The notes under the pieces: generated by a model
Databases searched by the model: none
Told to the model about the DNA's origin: nothing
The model's input: the letters and a program-made list of their open reading frames with translations, nothing else
Part shown: positions 51,693 through 61,042 of the stretch, piece by piece
Layout of the letters: the number at the start of each line of letters is the position of its first letter
Position numbering within the stretch: the first letter of the stretch is position 1
Program-made: the position numbers and the translations under genes
Assembly (NCBI GenBank): GCA_913775595.1
Contig: CAJYLB010000001.1
Location: 62,001-126,000 of the forward strand
Reading direction: 5' to 3'
Length of the DNA: 64,000 nt
Source of the DNA: an uncultured Aquiluna sp.
GTDB lineage: Bacteria > Actinomycetota > Actinomycetes > Actinomycetales > Microbacteriaceae

Positions 51693-53198
51693 TTGAAACT
51701 AGAACTGCGCGGAATCACTAAGCGCTTCGGCACACTCGTAGCCAACGACTCAATCGACTTGGTAGTAGAGCCAGGCCAAATCCATGCCCTGCTCGGCGAG
51801 AACGGTGCCGGTAAGTCCACCCTCATGAACGTCCTTTACGGTCTCTACGATGCCGATGAGGGGGAGGTGCTATTGGACGACAAGCCACAAAACTTCGCCG
51901 GCCCAGGTGATGCAATGGAGGCTGGCATTGGCATGGTCCACCAGCACTTCATGCTTATTCCGGTGTTCACGGTTGCCGAGAATGTTGCACTTGGGCAGGA
52001 GCCCACCAAAGCACTCGGTGCGATTGATGTCGCCGAGGCACGAAAGCGGGTCGTAGACATCTCGGAGCGCTTCGGATTCAACGTTGATCCCGACGCACTC
52101 GTGGAGGATCTGCCAGTTGGTGTCCAGCAGCGCGTTGAGATCATCAAGGCTCTATCGAGAGACGCCCGAGTCCTGGTCTTGGATGAGCCAACCGCGGTTC
52201 TAACACCACAAGAGACAGATGAGCTTATGGAGATAATGAGGCAGCTGGCCTCGAGCGGGACTTCTATCGTCTTCATTACCCACAAGCTGCGTGAGGTGAA
52301 GGCCGTAGCCGACAAAATTACTGTTATTCGCCTGGGCAAGGTTGTTGGTAGCGCCAAGCCAGACGCCTCTACTTCTGAGCTTGCTTCCTTGATGGTCGGT
52401 CGTGAGGTGGAGCTGACTGTAGAGAAGAGCAAGCGCGAGCCGGGCGAGGTGGTTCTCAGCATTGAGAACTTGGCGGTCTTGGATGATCGCGGCCAGAGAG
52501 CTGTTGATGGTGTGAGCTTTGACGTACACTCCGGAGAAATCCTGGCTATCGCAGGAGTGCAAGGCAACGGCCAGACCGAGCTTGCGGAGGCCATCATGGG
52601 TCTCCGTTCAGCGCTCACAGGTTTTGGCAAAATCAGCTTCAAGGGAGAGGACATTACTGACGAATCCGTCAGGGGAGTGCTCGACCACGGCGTTGGTTAC
52701 ATCCCTGAGGACCGCACCACTGATGGCGTAGTCGCTGCGTTCTCAATTGCAGAGAACATGATGATCAACTCCTCTTACAAGTCTCGTTTCACAAAAGGCA
52801 TCAACATCAACTTCAATGCCAGACGCAAGATTGCTGAGCAGCTGGTGGAAGAGTTTGATGTTAGAACGCCGTCTGCCGAAACTCCGGCTGGAAAGTTATC
52901 CGGTGGAAACCAACAAAAAGTCGTCGTTGCAAGAGAGCTTTCGAGGGACGTAGACCTGTTAGTGGCTTCTCAGCCGACAAGAGGCGTTGACGTCGGTTCC
53001 ATTGAGTTCATTCACGAGCGCATCGTGAGCGAACGCGATAAGGGTAAGGCAGTTGTGCTTGTGTCTACAGAACTTGACGAGGTGCTCGCCCTTGCCGACA
53101 GAATCGCCGTGATGTATCGAGGAAAGATAATTGACATCGTCACGCCAGATACCTCTAGAGAACAGCTTGGAAAGCTAATGGCGGGAGTTGCAGCATGA
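51693..53198 (+). CDS. Nucleoside ABC transporter ATP-binding protein (tandem NBD, CUT2 type)
   Basis: GENGAGKST, MVHQHF, LDEPTAVL, LSGGNQQK, QPTRGVD; AAGGAG RBS before TTG 51693. Confidence 0.93.
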   Translation: MKLELRGITKRFGTLVANDSIDLVVEPGQIHALLGENGAGKSTLMNVLYGLYDADEGEVLLDDKPQNFAGPGDAMEAGIGMVHQHFMLIPVFTVAENVALGQEPTKALGAIDVAEARKRVVDISERFGFNVDPDALVEDLPVGVQQRVEIIKALSRDARVLVLDEPTAVLTPQETDELMEIMRQLASSGTSIVFITHKLREVKAVADKITVIRLGKVVGSAKPDASTSELASLMVGREVELTVEKSKREPGEVVLSIENLAVLDDRGQRAVDGVSFDVHSGEILAIAGVQGNGQTELAEAIMGLRSALTGFGKISFKGEDITDESVRGVLDHGVGYIPEDRTTDGVVAAFSIAENMMINSSYKSRFTKGININFNARRKIAEQLVEEFDVRTPSAETPAGKLSGGNQQKVVVARELSRDVDLLVASQPTRGVDVGSIEFIHERIVSERDKGKAVVLVSTELDEVLALADRIAVMYRGKIIDIVTPDTSREQLGKLMAGVAA

Positions 53199-54418
53199 GT
53201 GACAATCAAGACCGTTTCTCACAGGCGCTGAAGGAGATTCTCGCAGGAAGCTTCACTAGGACTGTCCTTTCAATCATCCTCGGCTTTTTGGTCGGAGCTC
53301 TGTTCATGATCGGCTCTGACAAGGCCTTTATCGAGTCGCTCGGCTACTTCTTCTCCCGTCCCGGAGATGCCCTCGGGGCTGCCGTGGCGGTAGTAAGTGA
53401 GGGTTACGGTGCGTTGTTCAGAGGTGCAATCTTCAACGGTGACGCAGATAGCTTCGAGAAGGCAATACGCCCGCTAACGGAAACGCTCAGACTGGGTGCC
53501 CCGCTGATTCTGGCAGGCCTCGGAATTGGCCTGACTTTCCGGGTTGGAATGTTCAACATTGGTGGAACCGGCCAGCTGATTTCGGGAATGATCTTTGCGA
53601 CTTTCGTTGCCACGAGGCTAGAGCTACCCTTCGTTATCCACACGATTGTGGCAATCATCGCGGGAGTTGTTGGAGCGACGCTGCTGGGAGCTTTCGTCGG
53701 TTTCCTGAAGGCCCGCACCGGTGCTCACGAGGTCATTTTGACCATCATGTTCAATTACATCATGCTCTACTTCTTCACCTTCCTTATGCGCGATCCAGCG
53801 CTCCTTCAGGAGGAGCGAGCCACGGGAAACCCTAAGGCTGACCCGGCAGCCGAGACAGCGCTTTTGCCAAAGCTAATGGGCGATGAATTCAACCTGCACT
53901 GGGGCATCATCCTGGCGATTGCGGCGGTCTTTGTCTTCTGGTGGCTCATGGAGCGCTCGACCATTGGCTTTAGATTGCGCATGGTTGGGCACAACCCCGA
54001 TGCCGCAAGATCGGCCGGCGTGAGTGTCGAGCGCACCTACATTCTCGCCATGGGATTATCGGCTGCATTCGTAGGAGTTGCTGGTGCAAACCAGTCACTC
54101 GGCACCGCAATTGGTGTGACCCCCTCGGCACACGCAAACATCGGTTTTGATGCCATAACCGTGGCATTGCTAGGTGGATCCAATGCACCGGGCATCTTGC
54201 TTGCAGGCCTGCTCTTCGGTGCATTCAAGGCGGGCGCTCCTTCCATGCAGGTGCTAGGTGTCTCTCCGGAGGTGTTAGGCATCGTCCAGGGAGCCATCGT
54301 GCTGTTTATTGCAGCTCCGCCGCTGATTCGGATGCTGTTCAGGCTTCCGCCACCTCAGACCACCTCGGTGCTTTCAAACATGAGAGAGAAACTTTTTAGG
54401 AGAGGGGGTGCCAAATGA
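53195..54418 (+). CDS. Nucleoside ABC transporter permease
   Basis: FRVGMFNIGG.GQ, HEVI.TIM.NY, GFDAITVALLG. Confidence 0.9.
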   Translation: MSDNQDRFSQALKEILAGSFTRTVLSIILGFLVGALFMIGSDKAFIESLGYFFSRPGDALGAAVAVVSEGYGALFRGAIFNGDADSFEKAIRPLTETLRLGAPLILAGLGIGLTFRVGMFNIGGTGQLISGMIFATFVATRLELPFVIHTIVAIIAGVVGATLLGAFVGFLKARTGAHEVILTIMFNYIMLYFFTFLMRDPALLQEERATGNPKADPAAETALLPKLMGDEFNLHWGIILAIAAVFVFWWLMERSTIGFRLRMVGHNPDAARSAGVSVERTYILAMGLSAAFVGVAGANQSLGTAIGVTPSAHANIGFDAITVALLGGSNAPGILLAGLLFGAFKAGAPSMQVLGVSPEVLGIVQGAIVLFIAAPPLIRMLFRLPPPQTTSVLSNMREKLFRRGGAK

Positions 54419-55671
54419 GCCAGCTTCAACTAGCTAAAGAGGAGCGCGTCGGCTTCAAGTCACCTATCACCATGGGTGCGATTGGCGCACTCGTTCTTGT
54501 TTTCTTCGGAATTCTCGGACGCGAGGGCGAAACCCTATTTGAGCTCTCGCGCCGGATCGATGTGATCCAGCTACCCGCTGTTCCAGTTGGTTCGTCGGCG
54601 CTGGGTTGGGTAGCGGGCATCTTGCTGCTTGCTATTGCGGGTTATTCATTGAGCTTTGCCCTAAAGAATCGCAAGACTCCGCTTTGGGTCTCTGTGATTT
54701 ACGGTGCAATTGGCGTAATAGCACTCCTGGGTTGGCTGGCCGCGGGCAAGTCCGTACCCCTCACTTTCATCATCGGAACAGCACTAGTTTTGGCCGTTCC
54801 AATCATGCTCGGCGCGATGGGCGGTTTGATGTGTGAGCGCGTTGGAGTGACCAATATTGCTATCGAAGCACAGCTTCTAACGGGCGCATTCATGGCCGCC
54901 GTTGTTTCTTCGATCACGGACAACTTCTTCTTTGGCTTGGCAAGCGCGATGATTGGCGGAGCTCTGGTTTCCATGGTTCTGGCGGTGTTCGCAATCAAGT
55001 ATTTGGCTCAGCAGATCATCGTGGGTGTCGTACTGAACGTTTTGATGATTGGAATCACGAACTTCCTCTACCAGCAGTGGCTTACCGAAGACGGTGAGAA
55101 CGTGAACTTCCCCGGGACTTTGGACATCATCAAGATTCCATTCCTGAGTGACATTCCCGTAATTGGTCCGGTGATCTTCGAAAATAGAATTACGGTTTTC
55201 GCCGCCCTCATCTTCGTCCCGACCCTCTACTTCATCCTGTTCAAGACCAAGCTCGGGCTCAGGGCAAGGGCCGTTGGCGAGCACCCGCTAGCTGCCGACA
55301 CAGTCGGCATCAATGTGGGTCGCACCCGCTTTTGGTGGGTAACCCTTGGAGGCATGTCGGCTGGGCTGGGAGGTGCCGCATTGACCATCGGAAATGCTGG
55401 AGCATTTGGACGCGAAATGGCGGGAGGCTTTGGATTCATTGCTCTTGCGGTGGTCATCCTCGGACGCTGGCACCCGATTTCGGCCGCATTGGCAGCCCTT
55501 CTCTTCGGGTTCTCAATCATCTTGAGGGTCTGGGCAAACCAGGTGAGCCCTGGTATACCTACCGACTTCATCACTATGGTTCCCTACATCGTCACCATCA
55601 TCGCGGTGGTGGGATTTGTGGGCCAATCTAGGCCGCCTAAGGCGCTCGCCATTCCTTACACGAAGGGATAG
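54415..55671 (+). CDS. Nucleoside ABC transporter permease
   Basis: ERVGVTNIAIE, GLRARAVGEHP.AADT.G, GFIALA..I.G.W.P, PYI.T. Confidence 0.9.
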   Translation: MSQLQLAKEERVGFKSPITMGAIGALVLVFFGILGREGETLFELSRRIDVIQLPAVPVGSSALGWVAGILLLAIAGYSLSFALKNRKTPLWVSVIYGAIGVIALLGWLAAGKSVPLTFIIGTALVLAVPIMLGAMGGLMCERVGVTNIAIEAQLLTGAFMAAVVSSITDNFFFGLASAMIGGALVSMVLAVFAIKYLAQQIIVGVVLNVLMIGITNFLYQQWLTEDGENVNFPGTLDIIKIPFLSDIPVIGPVIFENRITVFAALIFVPTLYFILFKTKLGLRARAVGEHPLAADTVGINVGRTRFWWVTLGGMSAGLGGAALTIGNAGAFGREMAGGFGFIALAVVILGRWHPISAALAALLFGFSIILRVWANQVSPGIPTDFITMVPYIVTIIAVVGFVGQSRPPKALAIPYTKG

Positions 55672-55673
55672 TC

Positions 55674-56063
55674 ATGGATATTGACTGGTCTGTGCTCACT
55701 GACGAGGCGAGAAAGGCAATGGCGAGAGCCTACGCCCCCTACTCGAATTTTCCCGTTGGAGCTGCAGCGCTAACTACTGACGGGCGGATCATCAGCGGTG
55801 CAAACGTTGAGAACGCCTCCTACGGGCTTGGCCTTTGTGCCGAGTGCTCCCTTGTGAGCGAGCTTTTTAGAACTGGTGGGGGAAAGCTTGTTGCCTTCGC
55901 ATGCGTAGATGGTCAGGGTGAACCGCTCATGCCTTGCGGCAGGTGTCGCCAGCTGCTCTTTGAGCACTCCGCTGAGGGGATGCTCCTTCAGACGACAGTG
56001 GGAATCAAGACAATACAAGAGGTGCTGCCAGAGGCCTTCGGACCAGAGGATCTAAATCGATGA
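55674..56063 (+). CDS. cdd: Cytidine deaminase
   Basis: YAPYSNFPVGAA, NVENASYG...CAE, PCGRCRQ. Confidence 0.96.
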   Translation: MDIDWSVLTDEARKAMARAYAPYSNFPVGAAALTTDGRIISGANVENASYGLGLCAECSLVSELFRTGGGKLVAFACVDGQGEPLMPCGRCRQLLFEHSAEGMLLQTTVGIKTIQEVLPEAFGPEDLNR

Positions 56064-57337
56064 GTTTTTCTGCAGTAGAGCTGATTATCAAAAAGCGCGA
56101 GCGAGAGGTGCTAAGCACCGAGGAAATCAATTGGCTTGTTGAGTCTTACACCAGTGGCGTGGTTGCAGACGAGCAAATGTCGGCGATGGCAATGGCGATC
56201 CTGCTCAATGGCATGGAGCGCAAGGAAATACTGGACCTGACCATGGCAATGATTGCCTCCGGGGAGCGCCTCGATTTCTCGGGCTTAAGTGCGCCAACTG
56301 CTGACAAGCACTCGACGGGAGGGGTCGGAGACAAGATAACTCTGCCATTGGCGCCTTTGGTTGCCTCCTATGGAGTTGCAGTGCCACAACTTAGCGGACG
56401 CGGCCTCGGCCACACTGGTGGCACCTTGGACAAGCTCGAGGCCATCCAGGGCTGGCAAGCAGGGCTATCCAACACCGAGCTCTACAGTCAGCTCGCTGAG
56501 GTCGGTGCAGTGGTTTGTGCTGCTGGCAGCGGTCTAGCTCCTGCTGACAAGAAGCTGTATGCCCTTCGCGACGTCACCGGAACCGTAGAAGCAATACCGC
56601 TTATTGCATCGTCGATTATGAGTAAGAAAATTGCCGAGGGTACCTCGTCTCTCGTTCTAGATGTCAAGGTTGGCTCCGGCGCTTTCATGAAAACCCTCGA
56701 TCGCGCGGGCGAGCTTGCCAAGACTCTGGTTCAGATTGGTCAGGATGCCGGCGTTCGGACCTCAGCGCTGCTCACAGACATGTCGACGCCTCTAGGCCTG
56801 AAAATTGGAAATGCGCTAGAGGTAGAGGAGTCGATTGAGGTTCTAACAGGTGGCGGCCCATCTGATGTGATTGAGATAACAGTCGAGTTGGCAAAGGAAA
56901 TGCTTTCGCTGAGCGGTATCGAAGACGTAGACCCCACGGAGAATCTTCAAAATGGCAAGGCAATGGATGTCTTCCGTAAGATGATCGCGGCCCAGGGTGG
57001 AGATCTCGATGCCGAGCTCCCGAAGGCAAAAGAGTTCCACACCATCCGGGCTACAAGCTCCGGGTTTATTTCTCGTATGGATGCGCTGGCGGTGGGCGTC
57101 GCATCCTGGCGCCTCGGAGCGGGTAGAGAACGCAAGGAAGATGACGTGCAGTTTGGAGCTGGGGTTGAGCTGCATGCCCAGCTGGGCGACTCTATCTCTG
57201 AGGGTGATGCCCTGATGACGCTCTACACTGACACCCCAGAGAAGTTCGAGAGAGCGATTGAGCTTGCTCAGAGCGCAGTTGAGTTCTCCGATCAGGCCCC
57301 GCCAAAGCGCGAGATGATTCTCGGGCGAGTCAGTTAG
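56060..57337 (+). CDS. deoA: Thymidine/pyrimidine-nucleoside phosphorylase
   Basis: DKHSTGGVGDK, SGRGLGHTGGTLDKLE, YALRDVT, SIMSKK, DVKVGSGAFMK. Confidence 0.95.
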   Translation: MSFSAVELIIKKREREVLSTEEINWLVESYTSGVVADEQMSAMAMAILLNGMERKEILDLTMAMIASGERLDFSGLSAPTADKHSTGGVGDKITLPLAPLVASYGVAVPQLSGRGLGHTGGTLDKLEAIQGWQAGLSNTELYSQLAEVGAVVCAAGSGLAPADKKLYALRDVTGTVEAIPLIASSIMSKKIAEGTSSLVLDVKVGSGAFMKTLDRAGELAKTLVQIGQDAGVRTSALLTDMSTPLGLKIGNALEVEESIEVLTGGGPSDVIEITVELAKEMLSLSGIEDVDPTENLQNGKAMDVFRKMIAAQGGDLDAELPKAKEFHTIRATSSGFISRMDALAVGVASWRLGAGRERKEDDVQFGAGVELHAQLGDSISEGDALMTLYTDTPEKFERAIELAQSAVEFSDQAPPKREMILGRVS

Positions 57338-57345
57338 GAACCCAC

Positions 57346-58425
57346 TTGGACATTCAGTCGCTCCCAAAGATTTCTTTGCATGATCACCTCGATGGCGGCC
57401 TGAGGCCGCAGACCATTGTTGAGTTGGCCGATGCTGTCGGCCACAAGCTGCCGGCAGACTCTGCTGTTGACCTCGCAAACTGGTTCTCCGAGGTTTGCAA
57501 TTCCGGTTCCCTGGTCAAATATCTAGAGGCTTTTGATCACACGGTTGCCGTCATGCAAACCCGAGAGGGACTGGAGAGAGTCGCCTATGAATCCGTTATG
57601 GATTTGGCCGAAGATGGCGTTATCTATGGCGAGCTGCGCTGGGCACCCGAGCAACACCTTGCCGGAGGTCTGTCTTTGGACGAGACCGTCGAAGCCGTCC
57701 AAGATGGCCTCGAGCGGGCCATGGAGGAGGTTAGCGACAGGGGCGGATTCATTCGAACCGGCCAGCTAGTCACCGCCATGAGACATGCAGACCGTGGTTT
57801 AGAAATTGCCGAGCTCGCCGTTCGCCATCGCAACAACGGAGTAGTTGGTTTTGACATCGCTGGCGCCGAACAGGGCTTCTTGCCATCCAGACACAAGGTG
57901 GCATTCGACTATCTAGCCTCAGAACTGTTCCCCGTGACCGTTCATGCTGGCGAAGCAGACGGAATAGAGTCGATAAAGGACGCCATCATTACCGGCCGGG
58001 CGCTGCGCCTAGGGCACGGAGTTCGACTCATCGAGGACATCATGTTCTCTAGGACCGAGGGAGACACCGATCTGGTCGTGCTGGGCCCAGTCGCACAGTG
58101 GGTCCACGACCGGGAGATCACGCTAGAGGTTTCTCCATCATCAAACCTTCAAACCGGGGCGTTTGCCATGATGGGCGACACCATGGGAGATCACCCGTTT
58201 GATGTCCTGTATGACCTCGGATTCAAGGTGACTGTAAACACCGACAACCGACTTATGAGCGGCACGAGCCTCACAAAGGAACTCGAGATTCTGGTCGACA
58301 CCTTCGGCTATACGATCGCAGACCTTGAGCAGTTCCAGCTGAATGCCGCTCAGGCTGCCTTCCAGGGCCTCCCAGAGCGAGAAGAGCTCATGGACATGAT
58401 CGAACTTGGTTTTGCGCGCGCATAA
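57346..58425 (+). CDS. add: Adenosine deaminase
   Basis: LHDHLDG, GFDIAG.E, TVHAGE, RLGHG, P.SN, VNTDN. Confidence 0.95.
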   Translation: MDIQSLPKISLHDHLDGGLRPQTIVELADAVGHKLPADSAVDLANWFSEVCNSGSLVKYLEAFDHTVAVMQTREGLERVAYESVMDLAEDGVIYGELRWAPEQHLAGGLSLDETVEAVQDGLERAMEEVSDRGGFIRTGQLVTAMRHADRGLEIAELAVRHRNNGVVGFDIAGAEQGFLPSRHKVAFDYLASELFPVTVHAGEADGIESIKDAIITGRALRLGHGVRLIEDIMFSRTEGDTDLVVLGPVAQWVHDREITLEVSPSSNLQTGAFAMMGDTMGDHPFDVLYDLGFKVTVNTDNRLMSGTSLTKELEILVDTFGYTIADLEQFQLNAAQAAFQGLPEREELMDMIELGFARA

Positions 58426-58497
58426 CAACTAAGTAAACTCTGCGTTTATTCTTTGCCGCTCGGGCATAAAAACGACTCCCGAGTGCTTGTATTAGAT

Positions 58498-58770
58498 GTG
58501 CTTATTTATACGGTGTGTGGCGCGGGGATTGGTACGTCTGTTCTCTTGAAGGCCAACGTTGACAAGGTTCTCAGCCGACTAGATGTTGAGGCCGAGGTTC
58601 GCGCTGTCACGGTTGAGAGTGTCACATCCGGCACCGTCGAGGCCCAAGTTGTCATTGCCACAGAGGAAGTTGCCAGTCTTCTCTCTGGCATCTCCAGCGA
58701 GGTGGTAGCGGTCAATAACATCTTTGATCTTGCAGAACTAGAGGAAAAACTCTTCGTATCTGTCGGATAG
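58498..58770 (+). CDS. Orphan PTS EIIB-like protein (lactose/ascorbate/galactitol IIB fold)
   Basis: IYTVCGAGIGTSVLL phospho-Cys loop; about 90 aa from GTG 58498. Confidence 0.75.
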   Translation: MLIYTVCGAGIGTSVLLKANVDKVLSRLDVEAEVRAVTVESVTSGTVEAQVVIATEEVASLLSGISSEVVAVNNIFDLAELEEKLFVSVG

Positions 58771-58779
58771 CATCTTGGG

Positions 58780-59466
58780 ATGAGCGATCCCGGACTCTCA
58801 AGTCGAACCAAACTCAACAGGCTTTCCTATAAGGCATCGAGCAGGCTATCGGATCTTCACTCAATCATCGATGAGAACCTAGTCGCTCATGTTGGACTGG
58901 TGGAAAACGGCCAGCCGCTTGTAATTCCAATGACATACGGCCGCGACGGAAACGTCCTGTTTCTGCATGGCTCATCGGGTTCAAGACTTATGCGGCTCCT
59001 TGCGGAGAACACAAGTGTTTGCGTCAGCATTACCGAATTGAACGCCTTGAAGGTGGCCAGGAGTAACTTCAACTCCGGCATGCATTACCGCTCAGTTGTG
59101 ATCTTCGGAACGGCCCGGCTGCTCAGAGATGAGGAGAAAATACGGGCACTCGATTTGATAAGCGATGCACTCATACCCGGACGTGTTGCTGAGGCGCGCC
59201 CAATGACCAAGAAGGAGGCTGCGGCCACAATCATCGTTGCCGTTGAGCTGGATGAGGCCTCTGTAAAGATTTCGGTCAACGAGGTAGATGATCCTGAGGA
59301 AGACCTAGGCCACGGCTACTGGGCGGGAATCATCCCACTCACACGAGGAGTTGGTCAGGTGCAGCCAGCTGATAGTGAGTCGATGCAGCTTCCGGTTCCT
59401 GAGAGTGTTAAGCGTTTTGTTGAGCGGCATCAATCAGCCCAGTCGCGAATTCACGGAGGCGACTAA
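58780..59466 (+). CDS. Pyridoxamine 5'-phosphate oxidase-like (NimA-like) flavin-binding protein
   Basis: AHVG....P.VIPM.Y, LFLHGS.GSR, ARS.F...M.YRSVVIFG, WAG.IP. Confidence 0.85.
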   Translation: MSDPGLSSRTKLNRLSYKASSRLSDLHSIIDENLVAHVGLVENGQPLVIPMTYGRDGNVLFLHGSSGSRLMRLLAENTSVCVSITELNALKVARSNFNSGMHYRSVVIFGTARLLRDEEKIRALDLISDALIPGRVAEARPMTKKEAAATIIVAVELDEASVKISVNEVDDPEEDLGHGYWAGIIPLTRGVGQVQPADSESMQLPVPESVKRFVERHQSAQSRIHGGD

Positions 59467-61042
59467 TTCCCGCCGCGGCCAAGTCGGAGTTCTCGGCGCT
59501 GAACTGCACGTAGCACTTGAGCTTCGGTTCTGTACCGCTGGGACGAAAGATGAGCTTTACCCCATCGCCGGAAACAACCAATGCATCTGCTGGGTTATCT
59601 GAGTGCAATAGGTCGTTTGTAAGAAGCTCTCGGTCTTCAAAGGCTGCGGGGGGATTCTCGCGAAGAGATTCCATCGTTTTTGCGATTATCGAAAGATCTG
59701 TAACCCGTATCGAAACCTGAGAGGTTGCGAGATGTCCATATTTATTTTGGAGGCTCACTAGATACTCCAAAAGGTTTGAGCCCTCGGACTTGAGTTCAGC
59801 AGCGAGCTGGGCTATCAGCAAAGCGGCGGTTATGCCATCTTTGTCAGGTGTGAACTCCGGGTCCACGCAGTAGCCCAGCGCCTCTTCGTAGCCGTATACA
59901 AGTTTGGGCACCTTTGAGATCCACTTGAATCCGGTGAGCGTCTGCTCGTATCCGAGGTTGTGTGCGGCCGCGAGCCGAGAGATGTCTGCCGACACAATCG
60001 AATTGGCTAGATTTCCTGCACGGGCTTTGCTCGCGGTAACCTCCGCAAGTATTAGCCCCACTTGGTCTCCAGTCAGCATTTGCCAGCCCGTCTCGGTTGG
60101 CACAGCAACCGCGAGCCTGTCTGCATCGGGGTCGTTGGCAAGAATCAAGTCGCTGGAATACTCACGCGCGTGCGCAAACGCGAGATCCATTGCCCCTGCC
60201 TCCTCAGGGTTGGGAAAGCTCACGGTTGGAAATGCTGGGTCAGGTTCTCGCTGCTGTTCAACGGGCGCGAGGTTGAAGCCAAGTTCTTCAAAGAGCTCGC
60301 TAATTACGCTCCAGCCAACGCCGTGAAGAGCGGTGTGGGTGATTCTTAGGTCTGCTCTGCGGCTGTCTGTGAGCTCGACCAAACCTTTTGCCCGTTGGAC
60401 ATACCTACTTACTTCCGGTGCCCCTGCCATCTCATAGTTTCCAAACTGAGGAATCTGCTCAAATGTGAACTCGCCGGAGACCTGCTGTATCTGCTCGGCA
60501 ATCTCTGAATCTTGAGGGGGAACCAGCTGCGAGGAGCCATTTGGACCTCCCAGGTAGACCTTGTAGCCGTTATCTCGAGGAGGGTTGTGGCTCGCAGTCA
60601 CCATGATGGTCGCACTCGCCTCGAGGCTCTTTCCCGTGAAGGCGGCGACAGGCGTTGGGACCATTGATTCGAAAAGCTTCACACGGATGCCTTGGGCTGA
60701 GATTATGCCTGCACTATCTTTGGCAAACACTTCGGAGTTCTCTCTGCCGTCGAAGCCGATGACAACTAGGAGCTCTGAGTTTGGAGTTTGATAAGTGTCG
60801 CGGTTGAACTTGAGAAACCTGGCAATTGCGAGGGCCGCCCTCGCTACGACAATCCTGTTCATTCGGTTAGGCCCTGCACCAAGCTCACCGCGTAAACCTG
60901 CGGTTCCAAACTGCAAGGTAGCTTCAAACCGGCTCTTTAGCTCGGACAAATTGCCCTCAGCTAGGAGCTCTTCAAGCTCAGCCCTGGTCTTGGGATCTGG
61001 ATCCTGATCAAGCCAAGCCTTTGCCTCTGAAATGAAGGACAT
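59408..61042 (-). CDS. Phospho-sugar mutase (PGM2/PmmB-like alpha-D-phosphohexomutase)
   Basis: FGTAGLRG, TASHNP (phospho-Ser), NDPDADR, TLTGFKWI, GYEEALG, RPSGTEPK. Confidence 0.92.
   Translation of the reverse strand: MSFISEAKAWLDQDPDPKTRAELEELLAEGNLSELKSRFEATLQFGTAGLRGELGAGPNRMNRIVVARAALAIARFLKFNRDTYQTPNSELLVVIGFDGRENSEVFAKDSAGIISAQGIRVKLFESMVPTPVAAFTGKSLEASATIMVTASHNPPRDNGYKVYLGGPNGSSQLVPPQDSEIAEQIQQVSGEFTFEQIPQFGNYEMAGAPEVSRYVQRAKGLVELTDSRRADLRITHTALHGVGWSVISELFEELGFNLAPVEQQREPDPAFPTVSFPNPEEAGAMDLAFAHAREYSSDLILANDPDADRLAVAVPTETGWQMLTGDQVGLILAEVTASKARAGNLANSIVSADISRLAAAHNLGYEQTLTGFKWISKVPKLVYGYEEALGYCVDPEFTPDKDGITAALLIAQLAAELKSEGSNLLEYLVSLQNKYGHLATSQVSIRVTDLSIIAKTMESLRENPPAAFEDRELLTNDLLHSDNPADALVVSGDGVKLIFRPSGTEPKLKCYVQFSAENSDLAAAGISRLREFATGLIDAAQQNA

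Noticed and set aside
51845..52654. Long antisense ORFs (269 aa here; also 19771-20409, 29731-30279, 56843-57478, 43972-44481, 47885-48340)
   Set aside because: They lie fully or almost fully opposite well-conserved genes, are Ser/Arg/Pro-rich shadows of codon bias, and show no recognisable motifs or start signals.
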